Source: a virus
Virus record (IMG/VR): IMGVR_UViG_3300044684_000224
Location: 14,820-78,819 of that record
Direction: 5' to 3' (one strand)
DNA: 64,000 nt
Position numbers and translations under genes: made by a program. Of this stretch, positions 17,738 through 28,504 are shown one piece after another. The first letter of the stretch is position 1. Every line of letters starts with the position of its first letter. A model generated the notes under the pieces. The model was not told the DNA's origin, made no database searches, and worked only from the letters and a program-made list of their open reading frames with translations.

Positions 17738-18241
17738 ATGAGCGTGACAGTGACAGTGCCGGACGACCCGATCTCGCACCAACTGACCGAGTTGATCCGC
17801 AAGGGCGCCACCCCGGAGGACGCGGCCACGGCCGTGCTGGAGCCCTACCAGCCGACGCCTCTCGCAGGCGAGGCGTGGCGGGTGGTGCGGGATGCGGCGT
17901 TGAAGATTTCACGGCTGGCGGCCAGGGCTGCGGAGGACCGCGCGTTCCAGCCGGCGGGGGAGCGCACCGCGCGGGAGGCACGGTTGGCGATTCCCCGGGT
18001 CCGGTTCCGGGTGGGCGATGGCACCGAGGTGGAGTGGGGTCGGGCGACTGTGACGCAGCATCAGGCACGGATCGCGTGGCAGCGCACCCAGATGGATGCG
18101 ATCGCCGTGGATATCGACCGGCACACGGGGGCGGTCGATTTGATCGAACAGCACGGGGTTTCCTGCCTGGACGACATTCCCAACTGGCCGGATTTGCTTC
18201 CTGGCGTGTTGGACGGTGCGAGCGGCTCGGTGGCGGCCTAG
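17738..18241 (+). CDS. Hypothetical protein embedded between the two CRISPR array segments
   Basis: GGAGG RBS; 167 aa; GDGTEVEWGRATVTQH..HGVSCLDDI; function not recognised. Confidence 0.75.
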   Translation: MSVTVTVPDDPISHQLTELIRKGATPEDAATAVLEPYQPTPLAGEAWRVVRDAALKISRLAARAAEDRAFQPAGERTAREARLAIPRVRFRVGDGTEVEWGRATVTQHQARIAWQRTQMDAIAVDIDRHTGAVDLIEQHGVSCLDDIPNWPDLLPGVLDGASGSVAA

Positions 18242-18398
18242 GTACTGGGGACCGCTCGCATAGGTGGGTTGATCTGGAGGTTTAAGCGCGGTGGAGATCA
18301 TGGTGACACGGGATGCGGTGCTTGCCGAGGGGTGCTCCGGGGGACCGCTCGCGTTGATCTCCGCTGCCGCAGGTCAGGGTTGCCAGAAACAGGTAGCC

Positions 18399-18805
18399 GT
18401 GGAAATGCCAGCGCAAAGGCTTCGTATTTGCGACAACGTCATCCGCGCGCCCTTGACGCGGGTGTCCGCCACGGTGGAAATGCCAGCGCAAAGGCTTCGT
18501 ATTTGCGACTTGAACCCCGCCTCCATCATCTCGACTTGGACCTGCGCGTCGTGGAAATGCCAGCGCAAAGGCTTCGTATTTGCGACGGGTACGGAGTGGA
18601 ACAACTTGGCGAGTTCGTCGACCGGGTGGAAATGCCAGCGCAAAGGCTTCGTATTTGCGACGACCGGTTGGTGGCCGCAGTCATCAAAGGCTGGAGTGGA
18701 AATGCCAGCGCAAAGGCTTCGTATTTGCGACTCGTCGGTCACCGGTCGCCCTCCTGTCGCAAGTCGCCGGTGGAAACGCCTGCGCAAAGGCTTCGTATTT
18801 GCGAC
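18399..18805 (+). CRISPR. CRISPR array, 6 x 36-bp repeats GTGGAAATGCCAGCGCAAAGGCTTCGTATTTGCGAC, 5 spacers
   Basis: Repeats start at 18399, 18474, 18551, 18626, 18696 and 18770 (last has 2 mismatches); spacers 39, 41, 39, 34 and 38 nt; 3' hairpin CGCAAA/TTTGCG followed by AC. Confidence 0.98.
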
Positions 18806-19004
18806 GGGACCTGTGGCGCGAGGCCAAGCGGATACACGACGAAATAGACGAATGACCAAGCGCGGCCCGCTCGCTCTGGCAGGAGCTCACGGGCCGCTAA
18901 CCCTAGGAGACGAGACCTCCCATGGCTGGAGAAGACGGTAGACCCCATGGCCCTGATCACCAAACCGCGCCGATTGACGGCTCACCGCTGGGTGGTGGTC
19001 GGTG

Positions 19005-19395
19005 ATGGGCAAGAAGAAGGACAACGGCGGCTATCGGTACACGGCGAACGACCGGGATCTGCGGCGCTCGTGCCCGCTGACGCTGGTCCTGCTGGCGGGA
19101 TGGCCGGCGTTCGGCGTGCTGGCCGCGGTCAGCGCCGTGAAGGGATGGCTATGAGCAACAACCGCAAGGACTACGGGCCGTCCGGGTGTGCGAAGTCGAT
19201 TCGCCGGTCAGCGTTCCTGCTCGGTCTGATCGTGGCGCTGCTGTTGCGTCGGAGGTCTCGGTGACCGAGGAGATGCTGGCGGTGTACCGCGACGCGGTGG
19301 ACTGGACGACCACCCGATTCGAGCCGCGGTCCTCGCATGACTGGGGTGTGCTGGCCCGGTTGGCGGAGGCCCTTGTGGAGGACGAGACCCCTTAG
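19005..19395 (+). CDS. Three small coupled ORFs (19005-19154, 19151-19264, 19261-19395), the first two membrane-associated
   Basis: ATGA/GTGA overlaps; hydrophobic C-termini. Confidence 0.45.
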
Positions 19396-19456
19396 ATACA
19401 GCGCGGTCCGGGATTGCCGTCCCGGACCGCATCACCAGACTTGAAAGGACTTCCCA

Positions 19457-19897
19457 ATGTCTGATTCTACCGCACCCATGGAGTGGCTCGCGTCGCTTCG
19501 TCGTCACCTGATCAAGCACTCCCTAGACGACGTGGTCACCGCCATCAAATTGCCCGCGTATGGGGCGACCGGCATGGTCCACGTGTATCCGTCGCGCGGC
19601 ACGGATCTGTCGATCCTGGCCGAGTTTCTGTGCAGTCTGCGCGGCACCACGGTGTTGGCCGCCGACTTTCCGACGGATCGTGACCGCGTGGTGCATCTGC
19701 ATGCGATAGGCGGGATGGGTGATGGGTCGCCGTTGAAGGTCATAGTGATCGTGGAGCACGAGGAGTTCGACCTGCTAATGGCGAACGCGTCGTTGATCCC
19801 GGGTGCCGATGTGTCGGTCGATCTGTTGCTGCGGTTGGTGGACGCGTCCACTGCTGAGCGCCGCCCGGTCGTTGCCGGATCGGCGGTGTCGTCATGA
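19457..19897 (+). CDS. Hypothetical protein
   Basis: GAAAGGA RBS; 146 aa. Confidence 0.65.
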   Translation: MSDSTAPMEWLASLRRHLIKHSLDDVVTAIKLPAYGATGMVHVYPSRGTDLSILAEFLCSLRGTTVLAADFPTDRDRVVHLHAIGGMGDGSPLKVIVIVEHEEFDLLMANASLIPGADVSVDLLLRLVDASTAERRPVVAGSAVSS

Positions 19898-20000
19898 CCC
19901 CGGCACAGGTGGCGAACGCTGATCAGTTCGAACGGTCCACTCCTGCCCTCGCGGGTTTGGCTGCCATGCTGCTAATCCGTGCGGCCGAAGCGGGTGCGGC

Positions 20001-20811
20001 ATGAGCGCTCTGGTGTCGGTATCTCAATCCGCAGTGGACGGATGGCTGTGGCTCACCGCATGGCTGGTGCTGGGCGTCTATGTGGCGGCGCGTATTGCGC
20101 GGTGTCTGATCGACCGTGCGGACGGGGCCGTGTCGCGGTGGGTGTACGGGCACCGGGAGCGGGACGAGGATGCCGCGTACGAGCAGGGGTATCGGGATGG
20201 CCAGGAGTCCGGAGGTGTCGAGGACGTGGCCAAGGCGGCTCGCGAGCCAACCGGGCGTCATTCCGCCGAGAGTGCAGCCGAGGTGACCGGTGCGTTGTCG
20301 GTCGTGGCTGGGGAGATCCAGGACCCGGTCGGTGTCGCGTTCGGACAGGACGGTGGGGCGCCGTGAGCGGCAACGGATTCCGCATCACGTGCGAAGACTT
20401 GGCGACGGGCGAGAGTTCGACCGTGGAGATCGTCAGCGGCGACTTCATGCTCATCCCGACCGGCACGTGCTACCTCCACAAGGTCGCGAAGTACACCAAC
20501 GGAACTGTCGTGCTCACACTGAAGGGCTACGCGCCGCTGCGAGGTGAGACCTCGTGAGCTACGAAAGCAGGGCCTACGACAAGCCCAACACGGACGGCTT
20601 CCCGCCGGACCCGGTCGTCGTGCTCGTCGTCACCGGCACGCATGACGTGTCCCGCTTCGTGCACCTGCTGTCCGGCGGTCAGCCCGTCATCGAGCAACTG
20701 ATCGTCGGCAGGCGTGTCCGTGAGCAGGTGCGGCGCCACAACGGCGGCCTGGCCGCGCTGAAGCTTCTGGCTCAGCACGGTGGTCCGGACTTCACGCAGG
20801 AGGCGCCATGA
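20001..20811 (+). CDS. Three coupled hypothetical ORFs (20001-20366 with TM helix, 20363-20557, 20554-20811)
   Basis: GTGA overlaps; phage-like codon bias. Confidence 0.55.
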
Positions 20812-21104
20812 AGCACGAGCTGAAGACGCTGCCGGCCTACTTCGATCGACTCGAGGATGGCAGCAAAACGTTCGAAGTACGTCGTGATGACCGCGGCTTC
20901 CAGATGGGCGATGAGTTGTGGCTGCGTGAGTACGACCCTGATCGCTGTGTCGCGCACAACATCCGCCATACCAGATGTGCGGCATACACGGGCCGTGAAC
21001 TGGAATTCAAGGTGGGATTTGTCTTCAAGGCTGGCGTCGGCGTGGACCTCGGCGGGTACGTGATCCTGTCGCTGCTGCCGATGGATGGCGGTGATCCGTC
21101 GTGA
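20808..21104 (+). CDS. DUF3850 / ASCH-PUA-like protein
   Basis: KHELKTLPAYF..GSKTFEVRRDDRGFQMGDELWLREYD..GYVILSL. Confidence 0.85.
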   Translation: MKHELKTLPAYFDRLEDGSKTFEVRRDDRGFQMGDELWLREYDPDRCVAHNIRHTRCAAYTGRELEFKVGFVFKAGVGVDLGGYVILSLLPMDGGDPS

Positions 21105-21183
21105 GCGTGCATGCCGTCCAAGTGACGCGCGTGGTGGTCGTCGGCGGCATGGGGTGCGCCCTGTTTCTGGTGATGGTGACGCG

Positions 21184-23585
21184 GTGAGCGCGCCGGCCGA
21201 GTGGCCGCCTCCCGGCTACACCTTTGCGTGGACACCCACCACTGTGGCTGAGCCGGGCACGAACTGGGAAGCGTTGCCGCCTAACGCCACGCCTCGGTCC
21301 TGTCGGTATCGCACGTCGCCAACGGGTGTGTGCGAGGGCGATGCAGTGGCGCGAATGCGTCTGGTCGCCAACGGGCACGTGCAGTGGCGGTACTTCTGTG
21401 AGGCCCACCTGTACGGCCGGCGCCTGCGTGACGGAGTGCTGGTGACCGCGGTGCTGGTCCCGATTGGAGGTGTGGCGTGAACCGCTTCATTGTTGACGTG
21501 GTCGTCGCGGCGATTGCTACGCCCATCCTGCATGCGTACTCCCAGCCGCTGTTCCACGCGGCTATCTCGTGGCCGGTGTCGGTCGTGGGTGGTCTCGTCT
21601 TGGGTTTCGGCGGCTGGTGTGCCTGGTTCTGGTTCGTCGATGGCGTTGAGGACGGTGACTGGTGGTGAGCCTCGACTTCGACGACGCCTACGCGCGCTCC
21701 ACTGAGGAGCACACCTTCAGCAACTCGACCATGTGGGAGATCTGGTCCGGTAACTGGTGTGCACGCTGCAAGCGTGAGGCACCGCTGCGCGCTGGCCTGA
21801 AGGGCCAGATTGGCTGCCCGTTGGTCGCGGTCGCTCTGTTGGGCCGGAAGCCAGCGGAATGGCTGCGGCAACCTGACTCGGAGATCGAGACCGAGAACGG
21901 CTACGACGTGGCGAATATCTTTCACTGTATCGAATTTCGTGGGCCGGACGGCGGCGGTGGCAGCGAGCCGGGCCCGAAGCCGGACCCGCGGGGGATGGAC
22001 GGCTTGTTCCCGCGCCCTGAGCGTCGGGCGCGGATGTTTGTGCAGCCGCAACCGGAGCACGTCTTGGCAGGTGCGCCGTGACCTCTCATGTGCACCGTCG
22101 TCATCCGATCCTGGCGCTGCGCCGACAGTCCTGGTGCCTGCCGGCCGCGTTCGCTGCGGTTTGTGCGCTGGCTGCTATCTGGTGGGTGGTGGCGACAGCA
22201 TGACGATTTCCCACTGCCCGCGCTGCGCGGCTGACCTCCGTGAGGAGTGGGTCAGCGGAGACGGCTCTCGTGTCATCGGCGTCAAGATCCGTGGCGTCTA
22301 CGACGGAGTCCTGTTCTACCTCTGCCCGGCCTGCGACGACACATGGAACCGATGGTCAGAGGACCATCCGCTCTTCGCCGTTGCTGAGCGCCATATGGCA
22401 GAGAGGAAGGCCGCTCGATGAGCGTCGCGCCCATGTGGATTGTCATTGCTGGCGCTGGTTTCGTCGCCCTCCTGGCTGCATTCCTTCTAGGTCGGTGGCG
22501 CTGGCTGGAGGACCACCCGCAGCCGGAAACCGAGCCCGAACCGGCGCTCGTCGAAGCGAGACACCGCGCCGAGGACAAGGCGGAGGGCTTGCCGCCAGAA
22601 GTCCAGTTCTTCCGTGGTCTTGCCGACACGGTGCCGAATATTCGGCTGGCCGCGCTCGCCGAGCAGGCCGCGGTAGCCAACGTGGAACTCGGGGGTGAGC
22701 GGTGAGCATCTATAGCACCGAATGGGACATTGACTCCAGCGATCACCGCGACGACTGCGCCCGGTGGCGGGACTGCGCTTGCGACGATCCGTTTTCGCAT
22801 GGCCGGTGGATGGGCACGGGGCAGCATCATTTGGCTTACGACCGCAGTCGGGCATGCACGTGTCTGTGCGGTCCGATCGCCTACCGAGGCAGCCACATCG
22901 TGCCGTCCGAGCAGGACGAGCGCGGCGGTTCGCTGACGATGGCCACGATTGCCGGGTTCATCACGCGGGACGGCCGGGACGATGGCCCGGAGGACGAGGA
23001 CGCGGTCTGGCCTTTTTTGCGCGTCTCGCTGACGCCAGCGTTGGGTCCGAACCCGGCCGCGCGTCCGCGTCCGTGGCTGGATCGCCTGATCCGTCTGTTG
23101 CCGCTGCGGTGGCGGTGGCGGATCTCGGACACGCTGCGCGGCAGGTACTGCGAGGACGTGGTGCTCGACCGCGAGCAGATTGTTTCGCTGCGGGACTATC
23201 TGACCGAGGTGCTGGACCGGATACCGCCGGCCGATGGTGCGGCGCCGGCCGATGGCGTGTCCCCGCTGGCGGTGGGGTGATGGCGGACGAGGAACAGGAG
23301 CCCCGGCCCGGCGAAGTCTGCGGTACGTACGCGATGTACCAGAAGCACTACAAGCGCGGCGATAAGCCGTGTCAGGACTGCGCCCACGCTCACGCGGTCT
23401 ACATGAACCGCTGGCGTCGCCGCAATGGACGGACCAAGACGGCCGCAGTGCCTTACGCAGTGCTCGGTGAACTGCTGCTGGCGTTGCCGACGGACATGGA
23501 GGAGTGGGCGGAGAAGCAGCTCGGCGACGCGGTCGTGACGAACGCGATCGAGGCGGCCGAGGAAGCGCGGGGGTGTGCCTCGTGA
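21184..23585 (+). CDS. Run of small early genes (21184-21480, 21477-21668 membrane, 21665-22081, 22200-22421 zinc ribbon, 22418-22705, 22702-23280, 23280-23585)
   Basis: Overlapping start/stop junctions; several CxxC motifs; functions unknown. Confidence 0.55.
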
Positions 23586-23596
23586 CCGCGGCCGCC

Positions 23597-24343
23597 CTAG
23601 TCGCCGTCCACCGGCACGTCGGGACGCGGGCAGGCGCACGCGCGCCGAATGGCCTCCACGGTGTCGTCGGCTACACGGGCCAGTACGCGGGTGCCGTGGT
23701 GGATGAGGTCATGCGGGAGGACCACATCCTCCGGGAGGTCATCGATCTCCTTGCGGGACTCGCAGAAGTATCCGTCTCCGTACTCGATGCGCACGATGAT
23801 CCGCATGGGTCACGCCTTCTTCCGGGGCTTGATGGAACAGCGCCCGACGTGGTGTCCGGGCGCCGTGGGGGAAGAGGGTCAGTTCTCGGTTGGCGGCAGC
23901 CTCAGGTCGAGCACGCGACCGAGATAGGGATACGTGGCCATCTCCGCGTCTTGGTTGGTCCACTCGGCCGGCCGTCCGTCCGTCCAAAACAGCCACCACT
24001 CACCCGCGTACACGGCGACGCCGCTGCCCGCCGGCCAGTCGAATGCGCGCACATCGCCAACGGTATGGACCTTGAGCACGACGCCGTCATCCTCATCGGC
24101 CAGAACCGCGCCGTTCCATTCATACGCGCGGAGCCCTCGCTCCGCCGCGATCTTCCCTGCCAGGAGGCAGGCGGCGTGCTCGGTCGGCTCACCGTCGACC
24201 TCGATGATCTCGTCTACGGTCGGGTCACCGAGCGTGTAGATCTCGACGCGGTAGGCGTCGTCGTCGACGCTGTAGCCAACGGTGACGTACTGGGTGGTCG
24301 TCGGGTTGGTGACGGGCGTGAAGGTGCGGGTGCGTCCGGGCAT
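23597..24343 (-). CDS. Two leftward hypothetical genes (23597-23806 and 23879-24343)
   Basis: GGAGG RBS before ATG 24343; opposite orientation to the operon. Confidence 0.6.
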
Positions 24344-24373
24344 GGTGTCCTCCGTGTCTCTCGGTATGGCTCC

Positions 24374-24403
24374 AGTGTACCTACACCGGCATGTGTAGTG
24401 CAA
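24374..24403 (-). promoter_or_regulatory. Leftward promoter TTGCAC-N18-TACACT with palindrome CTACAC-N6-GTGTAG in the spacer
   Basis: Read directly; palindrome at 24381-24398. Confidence 0.55.
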
Positions 24404-24411
24404 CCGGGTAG

Positions 24412-24621
24412 CTACGACCGGCTGTCCTCGCGCTCGGCCGCAGCGATGATCGAGTCCACTGTTGGGCCACCGACACCCAACACCTTCGCGATCCGGTACT
24501 TGCTCCACTTCGCCTCGCGCGCTGCCATCACGGCAGCCTGTCGCCGCAGGCGGGCCGCGTCCGCCGCACGCATCGCGTCCTGCGCTTCCGTGAGCTCTCG
24601 TTCGATCTCAGCGTCATCCAT
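24412..24621 (-). CDS. Small HTH protein
   Basis: RRQAAVMAAREAKWSKYRIAKVLGVGGPTVDSII. Confidence 0.7.
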   Translation of the reverse strand: MDDAEIERELTEAQDAMRAADAARLRRQAAVMAAREAKWSKYRIAKVLGVGGPTVDSIIAAAEREDSRS

Positions 24622-24727
24622 GGGTGGAGGGTACCGCACATCACCAAGCGTGCGCACACATGTTGACGTAGGCACACTGGTATGTGTAAGGTCGAGCTAT
24701 CAGCAAGACCAGCAAGGAGCAGCCGAG

Positions 24728-25317
24728 ATGACCACCGGCGACCTGATCCCCTACATGGCGACCCAGCACCTCAACCTGGACGGCCCGACCGGTGCGAACG
24801 CCGCCCGCGACGCGCTTCAGGCGCTCGGCGACCGCGACTTCGAAAAGGCCCACTCCATCGAAGACGCCTTCGTGTGGGCCGTCATCCAGGCGATCGCGGA
24901 CGGCCACCCGGACCCGGTCGGCCTGGCCAAGTCCGCACTGGTTGTCCACGAAGCCGACTTCGCTCGCTACACCGCCTGAAGGAGGCCGAAATGACCACCG
25001 AGACCACCGCCAGTGACGAGTACCTCTGCGCCTGCGGGCACTCGAAGTTTGAGCACGCCGGTCGCACCCACCGTGGCATCTGCTACCCGTGCAACGGCAA
25101 CGGCGGTTCTGCGGGTGCGCCGGGGACCTACTGCTCTCGGTACCGCAAGCCAGTCACCACCGAGCAGGGCCAGTCCGTCTCCGAGGTCCCCGGCAAGCCG
25201 GGCCGTGTCATCACCGGACGACCCCAGAACGTCGAGATCCACAACCCGACGACGGCCGATCCGTTTGCCTTGGTCCCCGGTGCATATGGATACGACTGGG
25301 AGGTGGAGGACCGTTGA
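24728..25317 (+). CDS. Two hypothetical genes (24728-24979 and 24991-25317)
   Basis: AAGGAG and GGAGG RBS. Confidence 0.6.
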
Positions 25318-26498
25318 CGCTTACAGACCTACCCGAGACTTGGCTCACCATTCCTGGATTTGATGGCCGTTACGACGCGTCCTCGCTCGGTCGCATCCGG
25401 AGCAACGCGAGGACGCGCCACCCTAATAGGATCATGAAGTCTCATATGATCGAGAAAGGGAACGGGCTCAGGTATCGTCGCGTAGCGCTTAGCCCTAAGG
25501 GTGGACCCAATGTCGCGAGGCCAGTCCACGTCTTCGTGGCTAGCGCGTTCCACGGCGAGCGTCCGACGGGGCAGCACGTCCGCCATCTCGATGGCGACTC
25601 GCTCAACAACTGCGCGTCAAATCTGGCGTGGGGTTCCGTTTCTGAGAACACACTAGATCGGGTGCGACACGGAACCCACAACGAAACTAGGAAGACCCAC
25701 TGTCCTCACGGGCACGAGTACACGCCGGATAATACCTACCGTACACGCAAGGGTCACCGTATCTGCGTAACTTGCAAACTGGCCGATAACCGCCGTCGCA
25801 AGCGTCAACGAAGTCTCCTTCGGCGCGCCCAAAGGAACAGCGCGCTCGCCGCGCCGGCCGAACCCGTCACGAAGCCCAATCAGCAAATGACCATCAACGA
25901 CAGAAAGAGGCAGCGAAACATGCGGTTCAAGAAGGCAGCGCTCGCGGCGACCGGCGTGGTGGTGCTCATCGCGGCGACGGCGTGCACGTCGTCGAGTTCG
26001 GACAACGCGCAGATGCAGTCGCAGGCGGTCACCGAGAAGTACCAGGAGGCCAGTCAGAAGCAGGTGCCCTACAGGCAGCCCACGAACTGGCTGGAGCGCA
26101 CCGAACTGAACAAGCACCTGGCCCGGCAGGACGACCCGAACGCGATCCGCTACGTGGTGCTGATGACCCAGCAGGGTCAGGTGATCGCGCAGTACGTCAT
26201 CAAGGGCATGGTGTTCGACCCGAACAGCCAGCTGACCAACGACCAGCAGATCGTGTCCGGCTGGTCGGGCGGCTCGTCGTCCACCTACTACAGCCAGGTC
26301 GTGAACGCACCGGGCGACAACGGCACGTGGGGACCGGAGGCCGGCTCGGCGGCGTTCTTCACGCAGCAGGACGTGGAGGTGCAGATCCCGCCGGGCGTGT
26401 GGTGGGTCGAGTCGGACGCGCCGCAGAACTTCACGTCCACGCCGCTGCTGACGATCGCGGCCGACGCGACGCCCTCGACACACGCGGGCGGCAAGTGA
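25314..26498 (+). CDS. NUMOD4-HNH endonuclease in frame with a downstream lipoprotein (second start ATG 25920)
   Basis: WLTIPGFDGRYDASSLGRIRS (NUMOD4), VHVFVA..VRHLDGDSLNN..NL (HNH), THCPHGH; then MRFKKAALAATGVVVLIAATAC signal/lipobox with its own RBS. Confidence 0.8.
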   Translation: MTLTDLPETWLTIPGFDGRYDASSLGRIRSNARTRHPNRIMKSHMIEKGNGLRYRRVALSPKGGPNVARPVHVFVASAFHGERPTGQHVRHLDGDSLNNCASNLAWGSVSENTLDRVRHGTHNETRKTHCPHGHEYTPDNTYRTRKGHRICVTCKLADNRRRKRQRSLLRRAQRNSALAAPAEPVTKPNQQMTINDRKRQRNMRFKKAALAATGVVVLIAATACTSSSSDNAQMQSQAVTEKYQEASQKQVPYRQPTNWLERTELNKHLARQDDPNAIRYVVLMTQQGQVIAQYVIKGMVFDPNSQLTNDQQIVSGWSGGSSSTYYSQVVNAPGDNGTWGPEAGSAAFFTQQDVEVQIPPGVWWVESDAPQNFTSTPLLTIAADATPSTHAGGK

Positions 26499-26998
26499 TG
26501 GGACTGTGGCGTTCGGCCGACGGGTGGGCCAGCGATTTCCAGCGCAAGCCGGGGATCACCGTGTTCAAGGCGGTGTTCTGGATCGTCCTGCTGGGCGTGT
26601 TCGTCGTGGTGGTCCTGTGGACGACCGGCGTGGTGACCGCCCCGTGGAAGGGCAAGGGCGACGCCTACATCCAGAAGAACTCGGCTGACAACTGGGTCGC
26701 GGCGCAGCGCACGTTCCACCAGGAGAACAACGACTACACGGCGGACCTGGTGAAGATCCGGGACGCCAAGACGGCACTGACCCAGTTCGAGGCTGGCGCG
26801 AAGCCGCACCCGAACTCGATCGCCGCGTTCCAGTGGCAGCAGCAGGACACCAACCTGCGCACGACGCTGACCGGTCTGGAGCAGGGCTGCGAGCAAGTGG
26901 CCGCGAATTACGCGACCGACGCCCAGTCCTACCTGACGGAGTCGTTCCGGGACGCTGGCCTGCCGGCGACGCTCGACGCGGCTGCGTGTAGCCGATGA
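26498..26998 (+). CDS. Membrane-anchored coiled-coil protein
   Basis: One TM helix then helical domain; TGATG-coupled to the lipoprotein. Confidence 0.7.
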   Translation: MGLWRSADGWASDFQRKPGITVFKAVFWIVLLGVFVVVVLWTTGVVTAPWKGKGDAYIQKNSADNWVAAQRTFHQENNDYTADLVKIRDAKTALTQFEAGAKPHPNSIAAFQWQQQDTNLRTTLTGLEQGCEQVAANYATDAQSYLTESFRDAGLPATLDAAACSR

Positions 26999-27067
26999 CC
27001 GGCGACGGCACGGGCCATTCCGAAGTTGGTCCGTGCCGTCACGCCCATTGTCCTTCCGCTGCCCCGT

Positions 27068-27249
27068 GTACCGCCTGAGACCACCGAGGAGACGACAAGC
27101 AATGGCCGACGAGGACGACGACTGGGAGAACGGCGACGCCTACAACTCGGCGGGGCCGTGGAAGTGCGGCATCACCGGTCGCGATTGTCCGGCTGACCCG
27201 GAGCAGACCAAGAACTGCCCCAAGTGCTGAGCGCGTACCGCCTGAGACC
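27068..27249 (+). repeat. 15-bp direct repeat GTACCGCCTGAGACC (27068-27082 and 27235-27249)
   Basis: Each copy precedes a GAGGAG RBS; the pair brackets the ORF at 27102-27230. Confidence 0.8.
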
Positions 27250-28504
27250 GAGGAGCCGAAATGAACGAGAACAACGAGACCGCCGTACCGCTCGACCGCG
27301 AAGCATTGAAGGCACACGCCCGCGCCAAGGCGTTCGACACCGGCCGGGACTGCGAGCACTGCGACGGCGAGGGCAAGGTCTACCCAGGACGCCGTGTCAT
27401 CCACACGCGCCTGGGGGGCTCCGGTGCCGACTGGGACGAGGACGCAATCTGCCGCGCGATCGACGAGGCGGCGGACCTCCAGTGGGGGCGTGGCCTGTTC
27501 GGTCCGTTCCTGGCGGTCACGAACACCGACGGTAAGACGCTCCTCGTGGAGATCCCGCCGATGGACAACGAGGTTCCGGCATGACCACCTCCACTGCTCC
27601 CTCTCTGCTGCTGTCTGTGGTGGACGAGGACGAGGACTTCGACCCGAACTGTCTATGCCCGGACGGGATGCCGTGCTGCTGCATGGCCGAGTCCCGCGAT
27701 CCGATGGAGTGGTGATGAAACCGATCAACATCCGCGTGGCCAGTGACGTGCCGGCGGAAGACCTGGCGCAGCACATCGCCGACGCGCTCGACTTCGACGA
27801 CCTGATCGAGTTCGTCCGTGTGCTCGACGAGCGTGTGTCGGATTGGGACTTCTCGCGCAAGGTCTGGGAGTTCGGCGAGGAACTGCGTGCCGCGAAGGCG
27901 AAGGAAGACCAGCTCGACCAGGAGGCCGGCACTGTCGCGAACGCCGGATGGGGCGAGCAAGTTCCCGCTGTGGCTGCGGCGGGACTGGAAGACGAGCGGG
28001 GGATGGAGAGATGAGCGACGGGGCCAGTGTCTACGTCCACGATGGCGACGAGCGCGGTGTCTACCTCTACACCTACTGGTACGGGCCGGAGCTGCCCGAC
28101 ATGGTGTGGAAAGCGCTGGCGCGCAGGCAGCGCTGGAACGACGACGCATACCTCGCCCGGATCATTTTCAACACGATGACGAAGGGCCGCGAGGACGCGG
28201 AGATCGGCTTCGGGATCTCCGCCTACGAGATCGGCGCGAACTACGTCATCGACGTGGATACCGCCGCACAGCAGGTGACGGTCGGCGACGAACCGGTGCA
28301 GTCCTTCCGCGACTTCATCCACGCCGCCCGGACCGGCGGTGCGCGATGACCCGCCTTCTCCGCCGCTCCTGGTTGCGCCTCTGCCGTTTCGTGTTGTGGC
28401 CGTGGCGATACATGCGGTCGGTGACGTGCCGAGCCGCATGGACTGAGGCCGATGACCTCGATGTTGAGTTGGAGTGTGCCGAGTACCGATGGGGGCCGAT
28501 GTGA
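27102..28504 (+). CDS. Run of small hypothetical genes (27102-27230, 27261-27584, 27581-27715, 27715-28014, 28011-28349, 28346-28504)
   Basis: RBSs and overlapping junctions. Confidence 0.55.

Noticed and set aside
18269-18941. Long ORFs across the CRISPR array (18269-18847, 18291-18941, 18374-18859)
   Set aside because: The repeat has no stop in any + frame and the DNA is GC-rich; the products are just translated repeats. Not called as proteins, although read-through cannot be excluded.
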